15,931 bases of DNA from Deinococcales bacterium (GCA_031418155.1 JANOWZ010000417.1:1-15931); one strand, 5' to 3'; shown: positions 7,241 to 14,430, counted from the first letter of the stretch. The notes: generated by a model from the letters alone, not told the origin. Made by a program: numbers and translations.

Positions 7241-7983
7241 GCGCCACTCGAGACGTAACCGTTATCGGAAAGTTTGATTTTGCCGCTGGCGACAAGGCGT
7301 TTGAGCATCGTGGCAACTTCGCTTTGATCGAGTTTCAAGCCTTGTGCGAGGTCCTCGAGTGACAATCCTGGAACGCTCGAGATGGTGCGCAAGACGATGT
7401 GCTCGCGGCGTTTCTCGACTGGGTTCAGCACGGCAACGCCGACGGAAAGAGCGCCCTGCGGCATTGGTTTGGCGGCAGGCTTGCTGGCTGGACGGGCCGC
7501 ACGCACGACTGGTTTGACATCCGATCCGCGCATTTGACGGGCGAATCCCTCGAGTTGTTCACGCATGACCGCACGTGCGGTGGCGTGAGCCTCGAGCAAT
7601 TGACCTGTTTCGGCACTGAGCGTTTCGCGTTCACTGGCGCGTTTGCTGGCATCACGGCGGGCGCTCGAGATTCGTTTTGCACCTTGAGCGGCAAGTGTTT
7701 CTTGCACCGTGGCTTTGCGTTGGTTGTTTTCGTGTGCGCGATCAGTTGCGCGTTGAGCGCCCTGGGTGCTGCGAATCTCCGCGATAATCTCGAGCTTCGC
7801 ATGAACGGCTTGCGCTTGGGTTGCAACCTCGTTTGCACGGGCGATGTGTTCAACGGCGCGGATGGTACTTGCCGCCACGAATTCTTCGCGGCGTTCCTGA
7901 TCAAAATTCAGGCGGTCGCTGGCGGATTTGTTCAGTTTCTCGCGCAGTGCGGCTCCAGCCTGGTCATCTAATGTCATCGGCAT
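7237..7983 (-). CDS. Hypothetical coiled-coil protein with KPAAKP-type linker and C-terminal winged-helix-like domain; gene directly downstream of gvpA (possible GvpC-like structural or regulatory role)
   Basis: It is Ala/Glu/Arg/Gln-rich and predicted helical over roughly the first 150 aa. A VKPVVRAARPASKPAAKPMP linker follows. The C-terminus HIVLRTISSVPGLSLEDLAQGLKLDQSEVATMLKRLVASGKIKLSDNGYV resembles a winged-helix (LexA/ArsR-like) fold. The ribosome-binding site is AAAGGTGA. Confidence 0.55.
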   Translation of the reverse strand: MPMTLDDQAGAALREKLNKSASDRLNFDQERREEFVAASTIRAVEHIARANEVATQAQAVHAKLEIIAEIRSTQGAQRATDRAHENNQRKATVQETLAAQGAKRISSARRDASKRASERETLSAETGQLLEAHATARAVMREQLEGFARQMRGSDVKPVVRAARPASKPAAKPMPQGALSVGVAVLNPVEKRREHIVLRTISSVPGLSLEDLAQGLKLDQSEVATMLKRLVASGKIKLSDNGYVSSGA

Positions 7984-8087
7984 GATTTCACCTTTTTGGA
8001 TGTGTCATTGGGTACTGGATGGATACGGGATATGGTTATCGAATAGGGCTTGAACTCGAGGTTTGGGCGGTAGGTGAGGTGTTGAGG

Positions 8088-8118
8088 CTTTTACTTTCCT
8101 CTTTTCTCTTTCCTCTCG
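8088..8118 (-). repeat. Second copy of the purine-rich intergenic element (19-mer TTACTTTCCTCTTTTCTCT identical to 6196..6214) in the gvpA-downstream intergenic region
   Basis: There is an exact 19 nt match to the gvpN-downstream hairpin arm, with similar flanks (GGCTnTTACTTTCCTCTTTTCTCTTT..CCTCT). On the sense (minus) strand it reads GAGAGGAAAGAGAAAAGAGGAAAGTAAAAGCC. Confidence 0.6.
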
Positions 8119-8164
8119 CCCCCAAGCAATTCGGGCGGGCCGAGCGTGATGCCCGACCCACCCG

Positions 8165-8180
8165 CAAGACCTGTGTCTTG
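8165..8180 (-). terminator. Small hairpin CAAGACctgtGTCTTG 17 nt downstream of the gvpA stop, followed by a second GC-rich stem (CGGGC...GCCCG); possible partial terminator or attenuator after gvpA
   Basis: There is a perfect 6 bp inverted repeat with a 4 nt loop. No U-tract follows, so termination is uncertain. Confidence 0.25.
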
Positions 8181-8196
8181 GCCTGAATCTAAAAGA

Positions 8197-8415
8197 TCAG
8201 ACTGCTGGTGCGGCGACCGTCGAGGTCAAACCGATGGCTTCGGCGTACTTCAAGTACGTCTCGACCGATGCAGCAACGACGCGGGCTTCGATGGCGATCA
8301 ATTCGATGCCGACCAGTGAGACGCGGGCGAATGCGTCGATGACGATGCCTTTGTCCAGGATGCGGTCCACAACTTCGCCGAGGCTCGAGGAGTTCATGCT
8401 TTTTTCGACTGCCAT
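8197..8415 (-). CDS. gvpA: Gas vesicle structural protein GvpA
   Basis: [64 protein letters not shown] is a near-consensus GvpA (72 aa). The ATG at 8415 is preceded by a GGAGGT ribosome-binding site. The ORF-track entry 8197..8592 is an in-frame upstream extension with no support. Confidence 0.95.
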   Translation of the reverse strand: MAVEKSMNSSSLGEVVDRILDKGIVIDAFARVSLVGIELIAIEARVVAASVETYLKYAEAIGLTSTVAAPAV

Positions 8416-8840
8416 ATGTACCTCCGTAAAATTTGAATTCTTGGTTCTTGCCCAGGGATAAATGGGGCGATGTTGGGAAAAGAGGTTCAAGAATTCTTTT
8501 GGGTGTTTTTCCGGTTCTTGCCGGTGTGTGAATGGTGCACCCTCGAGCAAGGTTTGAGTAAGCCTCTTCTGGGTATTGGGTATACCCCCCATTTGGGTAT
8601 GCCCGTTTGGGGCTGGTCAAGTTGCGGTCTCGCGCCTACTTTGTTTGGACTCGGAACTGTGGCAAAACTTGTGTGATGCACAGTATTTGTGGGTTCCGCT
8701 ACAGTTTGGTGGTTTGAAAGAATTTTGCAAGAGATGGTTCGGCAAACTGAAGCTCTGGCAAGGGCGAAAAGTTGAACAGGGCTTCTACAAGTTCAGGCCG
8801 ATAAGTTCCAGGCCAGCAGCACAACGAAAGGGGGCGTGAG
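8416..8840. promoter_or_regulatory. About 425 bp divergent regulatory region between gvpA (-) and the acidic E2-like gene (+)
   Basis: It holds no convincing ORF. It contains the GGGTATACCC palindrome plus two more GGGTAT half-sites (about 8570..8606), direct repeats GGTTCTTGCC (8443..8452 and 8513..8522) each near GAATTCTT, and TTGAAC hexamers on both divergent sense strands. Confidence 0.5.
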
Positions 8841-10661
8841 TTGAGTACACGAGGATTCGGCGACACAGACTGGACCGACGGGTTTTCTCGACCGTGGGAT
8901 GTTTCCGTGGCATCATTTGAAGCCATCGAAACCGACCTGGACGAGTTGATCGACCCGGACGGGATCGAGTCTGCATTGGCCATCGACGATCAGGGGAATT
9001 TCCTCGCCTGGATGGATTCGGAACGCGGGATGGCTCCAGTGCCGCTCGCGGCTTCAGAGTTCGAGGCTCCGGTGGCGCAAGATTTGAACGCGCCAGCGGC
9101 GAAAGTGTCTAAGGGTTTCAAACGGTTCACGCCGCCAGTTCCGGTGGTTGAGCCCAGCGAACCGACGACCTATCAGGCCAGCAGCGAGGCGATTGATGCG
9201 GTGTTTGCCGAACTCGAGGCGAGCGCCAAAGCCAGCACAGAACAGTCAGATGCACCCGAGGTTGAGGCGCAGGCAGATGTTCAGGTTCAGGCCGATTCGG
9301 ACATTTATGCTGAGGTCCATTCTGAAGATCAAGACGATCAGGGTGCGGTTGAAGCAAAGGCCAAGAAGCCAAAAATTGATCCGATGGCGCTCGAGGATGC
9401 GTTCGAGAGTGTGCCGTTTGACCTTCCAGAGTTGATGGGCGAACAGTCTGGCACTGTACTCAGTGAGCAACCTGTCGCGCTCGAGGGTGAAGCGGAGGCG
9501 GTCGAAGCTCAGGCAGAAGTTGAACTCCCAGCAGTTGAAGCTCAGGCAGAAGTGGTCGAGGTTGAAGTTCCAGCAATCGAAGCTCAGGTTGAAGTTGTTG
9601 AGGCCGAAGCAATTGTCATTCCCGAGGGCGAACCGGTCGAACCCGTCGCCGCCTGGAAGAAGCCCGTCAAACCCAAAAAGCAACCCAGCGAATTTGGCAT
9701 CGACGAAGTTCCACTCGAAGCGCTGCTCGAGATTGCGAATACCGAGGCCGAAGACGAAGAGAATCATGCCGAGGCCGAAGCCGTCACGATTGACCTGCAA
9801 CCCGAGGCGGATGCGCTTGCCGCAGTTGGCTTGGGCGAAGCAAGCCTTCAGGAAGGCATCATGGCCGCTTACGAGATGGAGGGTGCGCCAATCACCGATT
9901 TGAGCGCATTGATCGAGAGCAGCAAAGCACTCGAGGTTTCAACCGCCCGTGAAGCGGTCAACGAACCGGTCGCCACACCCGTTCATGCCGGATTTGTTGC
10001 TACTGCTGAAAGCAATGAATCGCCAGAGGCCGTGCTCCAGGCGCTCGAGACCAGCGTGCTCGGATTTGAAACACCAGAGATTCAACCGCTCGATGCAGAA
10101 CTCGAAACGGATTCCAGCGTCGCGGCAGTGCTGGCCCCAGAAATCATGAATGTCCCGATGATGCCCGCGACGACCACGTTGCGCCGTCACTTCGACGCGA
10201 CCGACCTGATCGAAGCGCAGATTCGTTTGCGTCACGCACTGCGCCCATTGGACGTTTCGATGGTCTCGCTCTTGGGTCGCGCCGCCGAACGTTGCGCCCT
10301 CGAGTTGCCGGGAATCAAAACGATTGCACTCGCCGAACTCGGCGACAATGGGATTGCAGTCACCGCCAAGATCAAAGCCGTCGAAAGCTTCCGCGAGATG
10401 CTTGCGGGCATCAGCGAGGGCTCGAGCGGCGTTCGTGGCGACCTGAGCGTCGTTGACATCAGCGACCTCGGCTTGGATGAAGTGGTCTTGCCACTCGCCG
10501 GACCGCACCTCTTGCTGACCCGTCTTTCGCCACACCCGGACAAACCGGGTCGCATGCGCGGCACGGTCTCTCTCTCTGGCCTCGTGAACCTTCGCGCTGG
10601 CGCATCATTCCTCGATCAGGTCGTCTCGAAACTCGAGGCTCCGATCACGCTGATGGTCTGA
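8841..10661 (+). CDS. Acidic tandem-repeat protein with a C-terminal 2-oxoacid dehydrogenase E2 acyltransferase (CAT-like) catalytic-domain homologue lacking the catalytic His/Asp
   Basis: A TTG start is preceded by an AAAGGGGG ribosome-binding site. The N-terminal roughly 430 aa are highly acidic and low-complexity with EAQAEV-type repeats. The C-terminal roughly 170 aa align to the E2 catalytic domain: RRHFDATDLIEAQIRLRH against HFDKTDITELEAFRK, VVDISDLGLDEV against FTISSIGGLG, and TVSLSGLVNLRAGASFLDQVVSKLEAP against ISLSFDHRVIDGADGARFI. In that alignment DHR is replaced by LVN. Confidence 0.7.
   Translation: MSTRGFGDTDWTDGFSRPWDVSVASFEAIETDLDELIDPDGIESALAIDDQGNFLAWMDSERGMAPVPLAASEFEAPVAQDLNAPAAKVSKGFKRFTPPVPVVEPSEPTTYQASSEAIDAVFAELEASAKASTEQSDAPEVEAQADVQVQADSDIYAEVHSEDQDDQGAVEAKAKKPKIDPMALEDAFESVPFDLPELMGEQSGTVLSEQPVALEGEAEAVEAQAEVELPAVEAQAEVVEVEVPAIEAQVEVVEAEAIVIPEGEPVEPVAAWKKPVKPKKQPSEFGIDEVPLEALLEIANTEAEDEENHAEAEAVTIDLQPEADALAAVGLGEASLQEGIMAAYEMEGAPITDLSALIESSKALEVSTAREAVNEPVATPVHAGFVATAESNESPEAVLQALETSVLGFETPEIQPLDAELETDSSVAAVLAPEIMNVPMMPATTTLRRHFDATDLIEAQIRLRHALRPLDVSMVSLLGRAAERCALELPGIKTIALAELGDNGIAVTAKIKAVESFREMLAGISEGSSGVRGDLSVVDISDLGLDEVVLPLAGPHLLLTRLSPHPDKPGRMRGTVSLSGLVNLRAGASFLDQVVSKLEAPITLMV
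9500..9620 (+). repeat. Imperfect tandem DNA repeat (about 3 units of 33 to 42 nt, core GAAGCTCAGGCAGAAGT) encoding VEAQAEV(V/E) repeats
   Basis: GAAGCTCAGG(C/T)(A/T)GAAGT recurs at about 9506, 9540 and 9582. Confidence 0.6.
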
Positions 10662-10689
10662 TGATGACGAACTTTCATCAATTCTCGGC

Positions 10690-10758
10690 TGTGCTAGACG
10701 CGAACAAGAATTTCTCGAGCAATATTTTAAAAATTATCATGCAGTGGAAAGGAAACAT
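10690..10758 (+). promoter_or_regulatory. AT-rich segment (TTTCTCGAGCAATATTTTAAAAATTATCATG) upstream of the HD-GYP gene; candidate promoter
   Basis: The local AT-richness is unusual in a window of roughly 58% GC. It lies directly upstream of the GGAAAGGAAA ribosome-binding site and the ATG at 10759. No exact -35/-10 assignment is made. Confidence 0.3.
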
Positions 10759-11403
10759 ATGAGTGATCTCTTCAGAGACGGTTTCATTGACGAGATCGTT
10801 GATGCCTACGTCAAGGACTTCGGCGACCGCGTGGAAAACACCGACCGCTTCGAGCACTACTCCCCAGGACATGCCCGTCGTGTAGCCGAAACCAGCGTCG
10901 CCATCTGCGAAGGTTTGGATTTCGAGGAAGAAGACATTCGCGTCGTCAAAACCGCCGGGTTGCTCCACGACATCGGCGAGGTCATTCAAAAGCACGCCTT
11001 CTACGGCGCACCTCGAGTCTTGACCCCAGAAGAAACCGTTGAGATGTGGCAACACAGCCTGATCGGTGAACGCGAAGTGGCACGTCGCGGTTTTGGACGC
11101 AAAGAACAGTTGCTGGTGCGTTGGCATCACGAACGCTGGAACGGTCAGGGCTACCCGGACATGCTGTTCGGACCCGACTTGCCGCTCGGTGCTCGCATCA
11201 TCCGTTTGGCGGACACCTGGGATGCGCTGACAAACGACCGTCCGTGGCGTTTGGCGATGTCTGAAGCCGATGCGCTCGAGGAGATCAAACTCGGTGCAGG
11301 CATGGAGTTCGATCCAGAACTCGTCGGCTTGTTCCTCGAGTTGCACCAATGCGGAGCCTTGATCCCAAGTGAAAACTTCGCCATCTCAGGAGGCAAACGA
11401 TGA
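10759..11403 (+). CDS. HD-GYP domain protein (stand-alone cyclic-di-nucleotide phosphodiesterase-like)
   Basis: The HD motif (LLHDIGEV) and the HD-GYP signature WHHERWNGQGYPD are both present. The start is assigned to the ATG at 10759, 5 nt after the GGAAAGGAAA ribosome-binding site. The ORF track begins at a GTG at 10744. Confidence 0.8.
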   Translation: MSDLFRDGFIDEIVDAYVKDFGDRVENTDRFEHYSPGHARRVAETSVAICEGLDFEEEDIRVVKTAGLLHDIGEVIQKHAFYGAPRVLTPEETVEMWQHSLIGEREVARRGFGRKEQLLVRWHHERWNGQGYPDMLFGPDLPLGARIIRLADTWDALTNDRPWRLAMSEADALEEIKLGAGMEFDPELVGLFLELHQCGALIPSENFAISGGKR

Positions 11404-12338
11404 GTGGCGTCAAAGAATACGTCGGCGCAGAAGTCATGCTGCTCTCAAAAGTCCTCAAGCTCGAGAGTGTCGCCGTACCCTTCGGTGGACGCAACCCAAT
11501 GTGGCTCGGCTGGTGGATGAAGACTTTGGGCAAGAGCGTGCACATGAACGACCTGTTGCACTTTTCATACATGGACTCGGTCGGCCTGATCGAAAACGAA
11601 GGCTTCTTGTTGGACGGCGACACCCTCGGCGAACTGACCAAAGACATCGGCGACGGCAAGCAACTGACCAACCCAGAACTCGCCCGTCTCGTCCCAATGC
11701 AAGACGCATACTTCTTTGATCAACTTCGTCCACGCATCGAAAAACTGCCAGCCCGTCAAAAAGGTATCGCCATTCGAGCCGGATACAACACCATGCGATA
11801 CGCCCAAGTCATGGACTCCTCGAGATTCGTGAACCTGCGCGTCTCCCTCGACAAAGTCTTCGCCCGTGAAGTCGAAGAGATCAACAAGCGCATCACCTCG
11901 AGCGGCAAAGGCCAAGCGTACATGGAAGAGGCCGGAAGCTTCGTCGGCAACGTTCGCGCCAGCGCCCTGTACATGCAACTGCCAAGCATGGGCGGCTTCA
12001 GCACCGAATACGCTGCGGGCGCACGTCCACGCGGACCACTCGGACGCGAAATCTGGGCACGCGGCCCAAGCAAAACCTGGATGCCAGAACTGAAGGCCGC
12101 CACCAAAGGCACCTTCGGCGACCGCTTCACCTCACGCGAAGCGTACTTCAAAATGGTCTCGGAATTCCTCGAGAAAGCCAACGATTACCCAGTCTGGGTG
12201 TTCAACCTCGAAGAAAGCGAATACCCCGATGTCCTGCGTGCCGTGATGCAGTTCCGTAAGCCAAAAGCCGTGCATCGTTTTGACACACGCGAAGCGAGCG
12301 GCGGGTACATGAGCTACTTCTTGATCGCAGAGAAATAA
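11400..12338 (+). CDS. Dam-like (D12-class N6-adenine methyltransferase fold) protein with a non-canonical motif IV (MQLPS in place of DPPY); translationally coupled to the HD-GYP gene
   Basis: An ATGA overlap with the HD-GYP stop spans 11400..11403. Residue patterns parallel E. coli Dam: KEYVGAEVMLLSKVL against KWAGGKYPLLDDI, VPFGGR against PFVGAG, HMNDLLHFSYM against ADINSDLISLY, and RAGYNTMRYA against NRYGYNGLCRYN. The position expected for DPPY reads YMQLPSMGG. No [DNS]PP[YFW] occurs anywhere in the protein. Confidence 0.5.
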   Translation: MSGVKEYVGAEVMLLSKVLKLESVAVPFGGRNPMWLGWWMKTLGKSVHMNDLLHFSYMDSVGLIENEGFLLDGDTLGELTKDIGDGKQLTNPELARLVPMQDAYFFDQLRPRIEKLPARQKGIAIRAGYNTMRYAQVMDSSRFVNLRVSLDKVFAREVEEINKRITSSGKGQAYMEEAGSFVGNVRASALYMQLPSMGGFSTEYAAGARPRGPLGREIWARGPSKTWMPELKAATKGTFGDRFTSREAYFKMVSEFLEKANDYPVWVFNLEESEYPDVLRAVMQFRKPKAVHRFDTREASGGYMSYFLIAEK

Positions 12339-12365
12339 GCTCGAGAATTTAACAAGCTGAATCAT

Positions 12366-12399
12366 TTCCCGCTCGAGGTTTGGGCGGGGAATTTTGTTG
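12366..12399 (+). terminator. Putative rho-independent terminator after the Dam-like gene
   Basis: The stem TTCCCGC..GCGGGGAA with loop TCGAGGTTTGG is followed by AATTTTGTT. Confidence 0.4.
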
Positions 12400-12509
12400 G
12401 TCTCAAGGCGGTAAGCCATTGAACGCATTGCCGTAGATGCCCGCGCTGAATATGCTTTCCCGAATGATTCAACCCACACTGATTCGGAAATCTGTCTCGA
12501 GCCTCGGGG

Positions 12510-14291
12510 ATGTTTGTGCCCGTAGATAGAGTGCCCGCTCCGGCGAATGGATTTTTCGGAACTCGAAGCAGAACATTTTTTTCGTATTACAAACCTTATC
12601 GGCGCTTGCTCTATACCGACCTGGCTTGCGCATTCGTTGTCTCGGCGATCACCCTGATCCTGCCATTGTGCGCAAGTTACGTCACCAAGAACGTGCTCGA
12701 GGGAAATCATCCCGATGCGCTCGGGCAAATTTTACTGGTGGGTGCTTTGATGCTGGCGCTGGTTATGGCTTACACGTTTTGCAACACCTTCGTTTCTTAC
12801 CAAGGTCACATGATGGGAACCCTGATGGAAGCAGACATGCGCCGCGACCTGTTTGCGCAGTACCAAACGTTATCGTTTGGTTTTTACGATGGGCAACGAA
12901 CGGGACAGTTGATGTCGCGCCTGACCAACGACCTTTACAACATCGGTGAGTTTGCGCACCACGGCCCAGAAGACCTCGCCATTGCCGTGGTGAAATTCGC
13001 CGGGGTCTTCGCCATTCTCTTGAGTGTGAATGTCCAGTTGACTGCGGTGGTGTTCTTGCTTTTCCCAGTGATGCTGCTCTGGGCATTGTATTTTAATCGC
13101 AAAATGAATCAGGCGCTGCGAGCCATGCGGCAACGCATCGGCGATGTCAATGCACAGGTGGAGGACACGCTTGCAGGGATTCGCGTGGCGCAGTCGTTCA
13201 GCAACGAACAGCAGGAACAAGCAAAGTTTGACCTTCAGAACCACCGTTTCGTTGAAAGTATGCGTGAAGGTCACAAAAGCGAGGCGTACTTCTCGAGTGG
13301 CATAACGGCTTTCAGTCAACTCTTGACGGTGGTGATCGTGGTTTTTGGTGGCCTTGCCATCGCCAATGTTTCGTTGGGTTTGCCAGATTTGGTGACATAC
13401 CTGCTGTACGTTGCCGTTCTGGTCGATCCGATTCAGCGGTTCGTGAATTTTGCCAGGGTCTTTCAGGAGGGCAGCACTGGTTTTGAGCGCTTCATGGAAA
13501 TCATGGAACTCGAGCCAGAGATTCAAGATGCCGACAACACGAGAGAACTCACTCAGGTTAGAGGGCAGGTACAATTTCAGGCGGTCAGTTTCAAATACGC
13601 CGAGGATTCTGAGAATGTGCTCGAGCAGCTTTCCTTGGACATCAAGGCTGGCGAGTTCGTCGCGCTGGTTGGGCCTTCTGGTGTTGGCAAGACCACACTC
13701 TGTTCGTTGATTCCACGGTTTTACGACGTGACTGAGGGACAAATTCTGCTCGATGGTCAGGACATCAAAGGCATTGCGTTGCAATCGCTCAGGCGGCAGA
13801 TCGGCGTGGTTCAGCAAGATGTCTACCTATTCGCCGGGACCGTCTTGGAAAATATTCGCTACGGTAAGCTCGAGGCCAGTCTGGAAGAGGTCATGGAGGC
13901 GGCCAAAAAAGCCAACGCCCACGGTTTCATCATGGCGCTGCCGAACGGATACGACACCGATGTTGGGCAGCGCGGCGTAAAACTTTCGGGCGGACAGAAG
14001 CAACGCCTGAGCATCGCTCGAGTCTTTTTGAAGAATCCACCGATCATCATTTTTGACGAGGCGACAAGCGCCCTGGACAACGAGAGCGAAAAGGCGATCC
14101 AGGATTCCCTCGAGACCCTGAGCAACAACCGCACCACCCTGGTCATCGCGCACCGGTTGTGCACTGTGCGAAACGCGCAACGAATCCTGGTCCTGACCGA
14201 TGGCGGCATTGCTGAACAGGGCACACACGCGGAACTGATCGCGGCGGGTGGGACGTATGCGAATTTGTACAACACGCGACTCAGCATGTAA
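12510..14291 (+). CDS. ABC transporter, fused permease/ATP-binding protein (MsbA/exporter type)
   Basis: The N-terminal transmembrane region begins YYKPYRRLLYTDLACAFVVSAITLILP. The C-terminal NBD carries Walker A GPSGVGKTT, signature LSGGQKQRLSIAR, Walker B IIIFDEATSALD and H-loop IAHRL. A GTG at 12516 is an alternative start with better ribosome-binding-site spacing. Confidence 0.9.
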   Translation: MFVPVDRVPAPANGFFGTRSRTFFSYYKPYRRLLYTDLACAFVVSAITLILPLCASYVTKNVLEGNHPDALGQILLVGALMLALVMAYTFCNTFVSYQGHMMGTLMEADMRRDLFAQYQTLSFGFYDGQRTGQLMSRLTNDLYNIGEFAHHGPEDLAIAVVKFAGVFAILLSVNVQLTAVVFLLFPVMLLWALYFNRKMNQALRAMRQRIGDVNAQVEDTLAGIRVAQSFSNEQQEQAKFDLQNHRFVESMREGHKSEAYFSSGITAFSQLLTVVIVVFGGLAIANVSLGLPDLVTYLLYVAVLVDPIQRFVNFARVFQEGSTGFERFMEIMELEPEIQDADNTRELTQVRGQVQFQAVSFKYAEDSENVLEQLSLDIKAGEFVALVGPSGVGKTTLCSLIPRFYDVTEGQILLDGQDIKGIALQSLRRQIGVVQQDVYLFAGTVLENIRYGKLEASLEEVMEAAKKANAHGFIMALPNGYDTDVGQRGVKLSGGQKQRLSIARVFLKNPPIIIFDEATSALDNESEKAIQDSLETLSNNRTTLVIAHRLCTVRNAQRILVLTDGGIAEQGTHAELIAAGGTYANLYNTRLSM

Positions 14292-14430
14292 GGCTCGAGC
14301 CCTGTACGACGCGGGGCGTTTCAAATCGTCCGGCTGACTGATTTCGATGGCCCGGAGCGGGCAGTGCCGATTGTGCAATGATGCTGCAAGATGTTGTCCC
14401 AAGCTGAACCGCTGGGAGAGAGGCACAATC

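Noticed and set aside
6228-7258. Plus-strand ORFs 6228..6722, 6362..6616, 6698..7258 and 6975..7235 antisense to gvpN
   Set aside because: gvpN on the minus strand matches the conserved GvpN N-terminus and Walker motifs. The antisense frames are spurious.
7399-7971. 190 aa plus-strand ORF, and 7425..7904 (-), overlapping the coiled-coil gene
   Set aside because: Out-of-frame or antisense overlap. The 7237..7983 minus-strand frame has a ribosome-binding site, ATGA coupling to gvpN and a coherent domain layout.
8189-8620. 143 aa minus-strand ORF overlapping gvpA in another frame, and the 131 aa extension of gvpA to 8592
   Set aside because: The gvpA consensus begins at MAVEKS (ATG 8415) with a GGAGGT ribosome-binding site. 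The upstream in-frame extension and the alternative frame have no support.
8671-8694. TGTGATGCACA as a CRP/FNR-type site
   Set aside because: The half-sites TGTG/CACA are separated by 3 nt, not the 6 nt of the CRP/FNR consensus (TGTGA-N6-TCACA). This is most likely chance.
8470-8839. Small ORFs 8470..8676 (+), 8576..8839 (+), 8487..8681 (-), 8699..8983 (-) and 8785..8976 (-) in the gvpA / acidic-gene intergenic region
   Set aside because: No ribosome-binding sites and no recognisable motifs. The region is better explained as a divergent promoter and operator region full of repeats. A small RNA cannot be excluded but is not supported from sequence.
9127-9903. ORFs 9127..9372 (-), 9148..9435 (+), 9246..9800 (-) and 9463..9903 (+) within the acidic repeat gene
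   Set aside because: Alternative frames of a repetitive GAA/GCT/CAG-rich region. The translations are Arg/Lys/Pro low-complexity artefacts.
10678-11349. 223 aa minus-strand ORF antisense to the HD-GYP gene
   Set aside because: The HD-GYP gene has definitive HD and HHExxNGxGYP motifs on the plus strand. The antisense frame has none.
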